This document shows positions 38,110 to 43,862 of a stretch of DNA of 43,862 bases, one piece after another. The notes beneath the pieces are model-generated. The model was not told the DNA's origin and did not search any database. It saw nothing but the letters and a program-made list of their open reading frames with translations. Each line of letters begins with the position of its first letter. Position 1 is the stretch's first letter. The position numbers and the translations under genes were made by a program. Source of the stretch: Gammaproteobacteria bacterium (lineage in GTDB: Bacteria > Pseudomonadota > Gammaproteobacteria > Natronospirales > REEB76); the NCBI GenBank assembly GCA_018971365.1, contig JAGXAZ010000001.1:1-43862 (forward strand), given 5' to 3'.

Positions 38110-39669
38110 TTACGCAACTGGTGTTCCAGGCGGCTGTTTGGTGAAATCCTCGGGTGAGGCGTCGCGTGTCAGGCGGTACATGCCTTCGCGCACGATGCGG
38201 CGCATAACGATGTCCACGATCGTAGTTTGGTTCGGCTTGATGAAGTTGGCGAGATTTTCTGCCGAAGCCGTGAGCGTGGCTGGCTGATACGACACAAAAC
38301 CTTCCTGCGGATAGGGAATGACGTGCAGGCCGAGTTGTTCGCAGGACGGCAAGGCGGCGCGCAGTTGCCGGCCTTTGTATTCCACCGCCGGGGCTCCCGT
38401 CATGCGCGCGTGGTTCAGGTAATAGGTGAGCGTGCCGGGGTCGAGATGGTTGCGCTGGCGGTCAATGAAAAACCCCGGCGGCAGGCCGTTGGGATTGTCG
38501 TTCTTGCCGGTCAGCAGCACGTCGAAGTCCTTGAGCACATTTCCCTGGTCGTCGCGTACGCGTAACACCAGCATGCAGCAGGGATCCATGATCACCTGGT
38601 GATCGAAGGGACCGATCAGGCTGCGGTCCTCGACCTGTTCGCGCTGCTGCACTTCCGCAGTTTGTGCGCGGAAGGCGTCGAACACCGCGGCGTAATCCTT
38701 GAGCGTGGCCACGTGCAGGCATTGCAGAATCGCGTCTACCGTAGCATTGGGCGTGGCGTCCGCGGGAATGCTGCGCATGATGCCCATGCGCAGGTCGGAG
38801 TGGCACACGCCGGGAATCAGCGCAAGCGGTACCGCCGGCGACAGCGTCGGCGCGGCGGGAGTGAGCCGCGGTGCGCTGAAGCCGAGTGCGGTGTTTTTGT
38901 CCGGCGCCGGTGCCATTTGCTCGAGACGCACGTGCGTGTAGTTGAGGTTGGCCGAGGCCACGCGGATCACGCCGTCGCTGCCCATCTCCGCGGTGTAGCT
39001 GTTGACGAAATCATAGAGTTTCGGATCGTGTGACTGGCCGGCGAGCACGAACGGGAAAAAACCTTTGGGCCCGATGCAGCCTGCGCCCCGCTGCAGCCAT
39101 TCGAGATTGAGCGCCAGGCTCTGATCGCTGCCGAGTTCCAGCCAGTCGAGCACGCCGGTGCCCACGTCCACGCCCTCGAACCAGGCTTTGAGGCGCGAGA
39201 GTTTCGACAGGCCAAGCTGTACCAGCGCCGAACCGAAATTCGCCGGTGCTAGCATGATGAGGTGGCTCAAGGGCGGAAGCTTTTTGCCGGCGCCGATGTA
39301 AAAGTGATGCAGCCAGGCGCGGATTACGGGCGCGCCGGTGGAGTGCGTGATGCACACGAAGCGCTGCTGGTTCTTGAGCGCGTCGCCCAGCTCGCGTTTC
39401 AAGGCCGCCTGGAAAGCGCGCGCGATGTCGGGAATGGTGACTTCGTTGTGGAAGCTGATGTATTCCGACAGCCAGATCTGGTGTACGTCCAGTTCCAGAT
39501 CCGGACTGCGCCGGGCTTCCAGTTTCAGCCGCTCCGGCAGTCCGCCGTAGGTATCGGTGTTGCGCACGCTCCAGCCATGTACCAGTACCACAATGCGTTT
39601 TTGTTTGGCCACTGTCGTTCCCTGGTCGCCGTTGAGGGGCCTGCGCTTGAAAATTCGTCCGCGGCCCAT
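38110..39669 (-). CDS. PlaB-type phospholipase A / alpha-beta hydrolase with an uncharacterised C-terminal domain
   Basis: VVLVHGW, then the nucleophile motif ITHSTGAP (THSTG rather than GxSxG), GSDGVIRV (Asp) and GVCHSDL (His), in Ser-Asp-His order. As I recall, THSTG and GSDGVV are the signature motifs of Legionella PlaB. The C-terminal ~200 aa are unassigned. The start could instead be the GTG near 39612. Confidence 0.7.
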   Translation of the reverse strand: MGRGRIFKRRPLNGDQGTTVAKQKRIVVLVHGWSVRNTDTYGGLPERLKLEARRSPDLELDVHQIWLSEYISFHNEVTIPDIARAFQAALKRELGDALKNQQRFVCITHSTGAPVIRAWLHHFYIGAGKKLPPLSHLIMLAPANFGSALVQLGLSKLSRLKAWFEGVDVGTGVLDWLELGSDQSLALNLEWLQRGAGCIGPKGFFPFVLAGQSHDPKLYDFVNSYTAEMGSDGVIRVASANLNYTHVRLEQMAPAPDKNTALGFSAPRLTPAAPTLSPAVPLALIPGVCHSDLRMGIMRSIPADATPNATVDAILQCLHVATLKDYAAVFDAFRAQTAEVQQREQVEDRSLIGPFDHQVIMDPCCMLVLRVRDDQGNVLKDFDVLLTGKNDNPNGLPPGFFIDRQRNHLDPGTLTYYLNHARMTGAPAVEYKGRQLRAALPSCEQLGLHVIPYPQEGFVSYQPATLTASAENLANFIKPNQTTIVDIVMRRIVREGMYRLTRDASPEDFTKQPPGTPVA

Positions 39670-39740
39670 ATTAGCTTAACCGCCGTCAAAGTCGCGGCGG
39701 TGTATCATCTGCACATTCCCCCGACCATCGAGTACCGACT

Positions 39741-40358
39741 ATGTCACACGCCCGACCCGTCCTGAAATTCGCCGCTCCGGTCGCACTGCTGTGCGCGGTG
39801 CTGTTGCTTTCCGGTTGCGGCATCAACACCATTCCCGCCCAGAAGCAGGCGGTGAATGCGGCATGGAGCCAGGTGCTCAACGAGTACCAGCGGCGTACGG
39901 ATCTAATTCCCAACCTCGTGGCGACCGTCAAAGGCTCGGCCGAGCATGAAACCGATGTACTGGAAGCCGTGACCAACGCACGCGCCAAAGTGACGCAAAC
40001 CCAAATCCCCGCCGACATTCTTACCAACCCCAAGGCGTTTCACGAGTTCGAGCAAAATCAGGCCACGCTGGGCGGTGCGCTCTCGCGCCTGATTTCGGTC
40101 ACCGAAAACTATCCTGACCTCAAGGCCAACCAGAACTATCTGGTGCTGCAGGCGCAGCTCGAAGGCACCGAGAACCGCATCGCCGTGGCGCGCCGCGATT
40201 ACATTCTAGCGGTGCAGCAGTACGACACCACGCTCACCACCATACCGGGGCGCTGGTACCACTCGATGTTCTACAGCAGCTACCTGCCGGTGCAGAACTT
40301 CACGATCTCGGAACAGGCGCAGCAGGCGCCCAAAGTCAATTTCTCCGGCACTCCCTGA
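39741..40358 (+). CDS. lemA: LemA family lipoprotein
   Basis: Lipobox LLLSGC, followed by AWSQVLNEYQRRTDLIPNLVATVKGSAEHETDVL...ENYPDLKANQNYLVLQAQLEGTENRIAVARRDY, the LemA signature. Confidence 0.88.
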   Translation: MSHARPVLKFAAPVALLCAVLLLSGCGINTIPAQKQAVNAAWSQVLNEYQRRTDLIPNLVATVKGSAEHETDVLEAVTNARAKVTQTQIPADILTNPKAFHEFEQNQATLGGALSRLISVTENYPDLKANQNYLVLQAQLEGTENRIAVARRDYILAVQQYDTTLTTIPGRWYHSMFYSSYLPVQNFTISEQAQQAPKVNFSGTP

Positions 40359-40369
40359 AGAAGTGAGGG

Positions 40370-41224
40370 GTGAGGAGTGAGGACAAAGCAATCAACGGCC
40401 GGCTGAAAATCGTGAGGACTGGCTGGCTGGCGGTCGCAGTCACGGGTGTATTTGCATTGCTCGCGGGCAGTGCTTTCGGCGCGAACGCGCTCGACGCAGG
40501 CATGCCGCCGTTTCCGCCGCTCACTGGCCCGGTGGTGGACACCGCGCATCTGCTTCCCGCCAACGTTTTCAATGCGTTGTCGCAGCAACTTGCGGGCTAC
40601 GCGCAAAACACCGGTATGCAGTTGGTAGTGGTGACGTTGCCGACACTCAACGGCTATCCGATTGACATGTACGGCTATCAGCTCGGGCGGCATTGGGGCA
40701 TCGGCCAGAAGGGCAAGAACAACGGCGTGCTGCTGATCGTGGACGCGGGCGAAAAGCAGATGCGTATCGAGGTGGGCTACGGCCTCGAAGGCACGCTCAC
40801 CGACGCGCAGAGTTTCGAAATCATCCACAACATCATCACCCCGTACTTTCAGAAGGGCGATTATTCAGGCGGAATCACTGCGGGCGTGCAGGCGATTCTC
40901 GGTGTGCTCGGCCACAAGCAGCAGGCCGTGCAACAGCAGCAGGTGCGCAACCGTTCGGGTACCGGATTGCTGCTGCTGCTGATCATTGCATTTGCACTGA
41001 TTCCGCTGATCCGCGCGATTTTCTACCGCGGCGGCGGCGGCGGGCCGGGCGCTCCCGGCATGCGCGGCAGCGGCATGGGTTGGCTCGGCTGGATGGCACT
41101 CGGCATGCTGGGCGGCAGTCTGGGGCGCGGCGGATTTGGCGGTGGCTTCGGCGGCGGTGGCTTTGGCGGATTTTCCGGCGGCGGCGGTTCCTTTGGTGGC
41201 GGCGGCGCTTCTGGAGGATGGTAG
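40370..41224 (+). CDS. TPM domain protein (YgcG-like) with a TM segment and a Gly-rich tail
   Basis: Signal/TM segment, then GPVVDTAHLL...QLVVVTLPTLNGYPIDMYGYQLGRHWGIGQKGKNNGVLLIVDAGEKQMRIEVGYGLEG (TPM phosphatase fold). A TM segment follows, then GGFGGGFGGGGFGGFSGGGGSFGGGGASGGW. The start (GTG 40370) is uncertain. Confidence 0.82.
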   Translation: MRSEDKAINGRLKIVRTGWLAVAVTGVFALLAGSAFGANALDAGMPPFPPLTGPVVDTAHLLPANVFNALSQQLAGYAQNTGMQLVVVTLPTLNGYPIDMYGYQLGRHWGIGQKGKNNGVLLIVDAGEKQMRIEVGYGLEGTLTDAQSFEIIHNIITPYFQKGDYSGGITAGVQAILGVLGHKQQAVQQQQVRNRSGTGLLLLLIIAFALIPLIRAIFYRGGGGGPGAPGMRGSGMGWLGWMALGMLGGSLGRGGFGGGFGGGGFGGFSGGGGSFGGGGASGGW

Positions 41225-41237
41225 GAAGAAGTACCGC

Positions 41238-41302
41238 GTGCTGTGTGCTGCGTCGGAGACCGACCCTCTCGTCCGCAGCACGCAGCACTTAGCACGTAGC
41301 AC
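41238..41302 (+). repeat. 15-bp stem-loop merging into four tandem NNAGCAC heptads
   Basis: GTGCTGTGTGCTGCG (41238-41252) pairs with CGCAGCACGCAGCAC (41274-41288), giving 14 Watson-Crick pairs and one G-U, with a 21-nt loop. The 3' arm continues as gcAGCAC gcAGCAC ttAGCAC gtAGCAC. Confidence 0.7.
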
Positions 41303-41360
41303 AAAAAACGTAGAACCCCGCACCCAAGTGTTCAAGCGGGGAGCAAAGAAGCAACGAGGC

Positions 41361-41987
41361 ATGGACATGATCGAGTTTTCTGACGCCGACAAAGCCCGCA
41401 TCACCGCTGCCATCCACGCAGCCGAGAAAAACACCAGCGGCGAATTCGTGGCGGTGGTGGCGCGCACCAGCGACCACTATGTGTTTCTGCCGTTACTCTG
41501 GGCCGCGGTTGCGGCGCTGATTCTGCCGGGAATCCTCTATCTGGTTTCCGCCCCGCTCGCCTGGGTGCACATCTATCAAATCCAGCTCTTGCTGTTCATC
41601 GTGTTGGCGCTCGTGTTCCTGTTCGTGCCCGAATTCCATCTGCATCTGGTGCCGCGGCACGTGAAACATTCCCGTGCCCGGCGCCTGGCGCACGCGCAGT
41701 TCTACGAGCAGGGCGTGCACATGACACGCGAGCACTCCGGCGTGTTGTTCTTCGTGTCACTGGCGGAACATTACGTGGAAATCGTGGCCGACAAGGGCAT
41801 CCACGAGAAACTCGGCGAAGCCCACTGGCAGGGCATCATCGAGGCGTTCGTGACCGACGTGAAGGCGGGCCGCGTGATGGACGGCTTTGTGGCCGCGATC
41901 GGCACCTGCGGCACCGCGATGGCCCGGCACTACCCGCCCGAGCCCGGCAATCCCGAGGAACTGTCCGACGGCCTGATCGAGATTTAG
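41361..41987 (+). CDS. TPM domain-containing membrane protein (second TPM gene of the LemA cluster)
   Basis: MDMIEFSDADKARITAAIHAAEKNTSGEFVAVVA, two TM segments, then HSGVLFFVSLAEHYVEIVADKGIHEKL. The tracked ORF start at 41136 overlaps the previous gene and is not homologous. Confidence 0.8.
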   Translation: MDMIEFSDADKARITAAIHAAEKNTSGEFVAVVARTSDHYVFLPLLWAAVAALILPGILYLVSAPLAWVHIYQIQLLLFIVLALVFLFVPEFHLHLVPRHVKHSRARRLAHAQFYEQGVHMTREHSGVLFFVSLAEHYVEIVADKGIHEKLGEAHWQGIIEAFVTDVKAGRVMDGFVAAIGTCGTAMARHYPPEPGNPEELSDGLIEI

Positions 41988-42001
41988 GCCTTTATTCCAA
42001 C

Positions 42002-42064
42002 TGTAGGAGCGGCTTTCAGCCGCGATCTTGTGTCCGAATCGCGGCGAATATCGCCGCGCCCACA
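42002..42064. repeat. Inverted pair of REP-like elements (BIME-like)
   Basis: TGTAGGAGCGGCTTTCAGCCGCGA (42002-42025) faces TCGCGGCGAATATCGCCGCGCCCACA (42039-42064). The second is the same family as copies 1 and 2. The pair lies between convergent genes. Confidence 0.8.
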
Positions 42065-42077
42065 CTCGCAGGTTCGA

Positions 42078-42755
42078 TCAATTCGCCGTCAAAGGCGCGA
42101 GATGTAATTCCACGCGCCGGTTCTGCGCACGGCCTTCGGGCGAGGTATTGCTGGCGATGGGATTGGCTTCGCCGAATCCCTGCACCGCGATGCGCGCCGG
42201 CAGGATGCCCTGGGCCTCGAGATTGCTGGCCACCGCCTGGGCGCGCAGTTGCGACAGCATGAGGTTGTATTGCGGACTGCCGGTGCTGTCGGTGAAACCA
42301 TCCACGTCGATCAACGTCTTGTTGTATTCCTTGAGCACCAGCGTTACGGAATGCAGCACGTTGGTGAACGCGGGATTAAGCTGTGAGCTGTTGGTCTGAA
42401 AGGTGATGTTGCCCGGCATATTGAGCACGATGTCGTTGCCGTTGCGCGTCACCGATACGCCGGTGCCCTGCAACTGCTGGCGCAGCTTTGCTTCCTGCAC
42501 GTCCATGTAGTAGCCGATGCCCGCACCGGTGAGCGCGCCGACGCCGGCGCCGATGAGTGCGCGCTTGCGGGCGCTGCCGCCGCCGATGAGCGCGCCGGCC
42601 ACCGCGCCGCCGACCGCACCGATGGCGGCGCCCTTGGCGAGGCCGCTGGTCTGCGGCTGACCGGTGTAGGGGTTGAGGGTGGTGCAGGCGCCGAGCGCCG
42701 TGCAAGCGGCGAGCGCGATGACGCTCGTGAAAATCAGCGGACGGTGAGTGTTCAT
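42078..42755 (-). CDS. OmpA-family lipoprotein with a glycine-zipper region
   Basis: Lipobox region SVIALAACTALGAC, a Gly-zipper GAAIGAVGGAVAGALIGGG...GAGVGALTGAGIG, and an OmpA_C domain FQTNSSQL...DGFTDSTGSPQYNLMLSQLRAQAV...NRRVEL. Confidence 0.88.
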   Translation of the reverse strand: MNTHRPLIFTSVIALAACTALGACTTLNPYTGQPQTSGLAKGAAIGAVGGAVAGALIGGGSARKRALIGAGVGALTGAGIGYYMDVQEAKLRQQLQGTGVSVTRNGNDIVLNMPGNITFQTNSSQLNPAFTNVLHSVTLVLKEYNKTLIDVDGFTDSTGSPQYNLMLSQLRAQAVASNLEAQGILPARIAVQGFGEANPIASNTSPEGRAQNRRVELHLAPLTAN

Positions 42756-42834
42756 GGCGGTATCCTTCGCGCGAAGCAATTAGCCTATTCTCCGGCCGGC
42801 ACCGACAGCCCGCAATCCCGGCGAAAATTCAGGC

Positions 42835-43350
42835 CTATTGGCGCACCCTGTTGAGGTCCACCTGTTCCGTGCTGGTCTTCGCATAACCACGCGCGCGAAT
42901 GGCGACCGTATTGACGATGCGCGTGCACTGCACGCCGCTGGCGAGAAAATAGCCGTACTCGAAAGTGGGTGTGGCGCGGCCGTTGGCCGCGAGTTCCGCG
43001 GCAATGGCGGCTTCCTGTTCCGGCTGCATGTCGAAGCGCAGTTCCAGATCCGTGCGTCCCGGTTTTTCGAAATCAATGCTCATGGCGCGCGTGAATACGG
43101 CATAACCGGGGAACACGCGCGCGCAGGCCAGCGCCGCAATCGGATCGGCGAGCGCCGCCTGCCAGCCGCCGAACATGTCGCCGGAAAGATTGCGCGAGAA
43201 CGCGGTGAGCGGCAGTTTGACACGCACGTGCCGCCAGTCGTCGCGCACTTCCAGCACCTTGATGCGCATCTTGAAAAATGGCGGATACAGCTCCAGCCGC
43301 CGGGCTTCCGGCAGGAATCGGAGATTGGCGATGAATTGCAGCAGCCCCAT
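42835..43350 (-). CDS. Hotdog-fold thioesterase-like protein (DUF4442 / YiiD C-terminal type)
   Basis: The 171-aa sequence ...LYPPFFKMRIKVLEVRDDWRHVRVKLPLTAFSRNLSGDMFGGWQAALADPIAAL resembles the DUF4442 hotdog family. Confidence 0.65.
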   Translation of the reverse strand: MGLLQFIANLRFLPEARRLELYPPFFKMRIKVLEVRDDWRHVRVKLPLTAFSRNLSGDMFGGWQAALADPIAALACARVFPGYAVFTRAMSIDFEKPGRTDLELRFDMQPEQEAAIAAELAANGRATPTFEYGYFLASGVQCTRIVNTVAIRARGYAKTSTEQVDLNRVRQ

Positions 43351-43404
43351 GCAGGTTCCTCGGAAAGCGCGCTATTCTAAAGCCGGTGCCACGGAGATAG
43401 GTTC

Positions 43405-43862
43405 ATGCGCCCGGTACAAAGCTGGCTGGACGAATATGGCGAAAGTCACGGCCACCCCGTGAACAAGGCACTGCACTGGGTATGCGTGCCGCTCATCATC
43501 CTTTCCGGTATCGGCCTGCTGTGGTCCATTCCGGTGCCGCGCGCCTGGATTGGGATTTCGCCGCTGCTCAACTGGGGTGTGCTGTTGTTGATCGCCGCGC
43601 TGCTCTATTACTACGCGCTCGCCTGGCGGCTGGCCCTCGGCATGACGGCCGTGGTGGTCGCCGTGGCGCTCATCGTGTACAGCGCGAGCCTGCTGCCCAT
43701 GCCGCTGTGGCTGCTGTCGGTGATCGTGTTCGTGATCGCCTGGATCGGCCAGTTCATCGGCCACGAGGTTGAGGGCAAGCGGCCGTCTTTCTTTAAGGAC
43801 CTGCAATTCCTGCTGATCGGCCCGCTGTGGCTGCTGGCATTTTGGTACCGGCGCTTTAATCT
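43405..43862 (+). CDS. DUF962 (Mpo1/YGL010w-like) membrane protein, 5' part (runs off the right edge)
   Basis: ATG 43405 gives MRPVQSWLDEYGESHGHPVNKALHWVCVPLIILSGIGLLW...WIGQFIGHEVEGKRPSFFKDLQFLLIGPLWLL, which matches the DUF962 pattern. The ORF is open to the window end, which explains its absence from the ORF track. Confidence 0.75.
   Translation, partial: MRPVQSWLDEYGESHGHPVNKALHWVCVPLIILSGIGLLWSIPVPRAWIGISPLLNWGVLLLIAALLYYYALAWRLALGMTAVVVAVALIVYSASLLPMPLWLLSVIVFVIAWIGQFIGHEVEGKRPSFFKDLQFLLIGPLWLLAFWYRRFN

Noticed and set aside
41136-41360. 75-codon 5' extension of the second TPM gene, overlapping the Gly-rich tail of the first
   Set aside because: The extension runs through the hairpin and heptad spacer and overlaps the upstream gene by 89 nt. 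TPM homology starts at MDMIEFSDADKARI (ATG 41361).
1-43862. Search for CRISPR arrays, tRNA or rRNA genes, IS elements, integrases, prophage or known defence-system genes
   Set aside because: I saw no regularly spaced direct repeats, no cloverleaf-like or rRNA-like segments in the intergenic regions, and no ORF with transposase, integrase, phage or known defence motifs. The only dispersed repeats are the short REP elements.

Overview
This window is the replication-origin neighbourhood of a high-GC (about 62-70%) proteobacterial chromosome, probably gammaproteobacterial. The left end carries gyrB-recF-dnaN-dnaA on the minus strand. An AT-rich dnaA-dnaN spacer containing DnaA boxes is the best oriC candidate. 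Divergent from this block are rpmH-rnpA-yidD-yidC, followed by mnmE and mnmG, which are separated from each other by accessory genes. The remainder is mostly housekeeping and envelope or stress genes: NatAB-like and YadGH-like ABC exporters, tag, a TauE/DUF1634 pair, hemH and mscL. There is also a FadI-like thiolase, a GH27 alpha-galactosidase, a MATE pump, an APC permease, a LemA-TPM-TPM triad, an OmpA lipoprotein, a hotdog thioesterase and a partial DUF962 gene. I found no tRNA, rRNA, CRISPR array, transposase, integrase or prophage genes. The points most worth a second look are these: (1) a PlaB-type (THSTG motif) phospholipase gene lies 20 nt upstream of a gene-sized low-GC insertion encoding a membrane-anchored Sel1-like protein, which may be a lipase/partner or toxin/immunity module; (2) a clear fluoride riboswitch with a terminator platform drives crcB-DUF190 and probably a third, uncharacterised 145-aa gene; (3) a codon-overlapped otsB-GH15-otsA-glk-mscS operon in which the GH15 and glucokinase genes are drastically shortened but keep intact frames; (4) an in-frame TAA lies between the signal peptide and the catalytic domain of the alpha-galactosidase; (5) the conserved N-terminus of rnpA has no canonical start codon; (6) the gyrB-recF-dnaN(-dnaA) block is about 50-55% GC, against about 65% for everything to its right; (7) a small REP family occurs at three intergenic sites. 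All family assignments come from reading the translations by eye. No database search was run.
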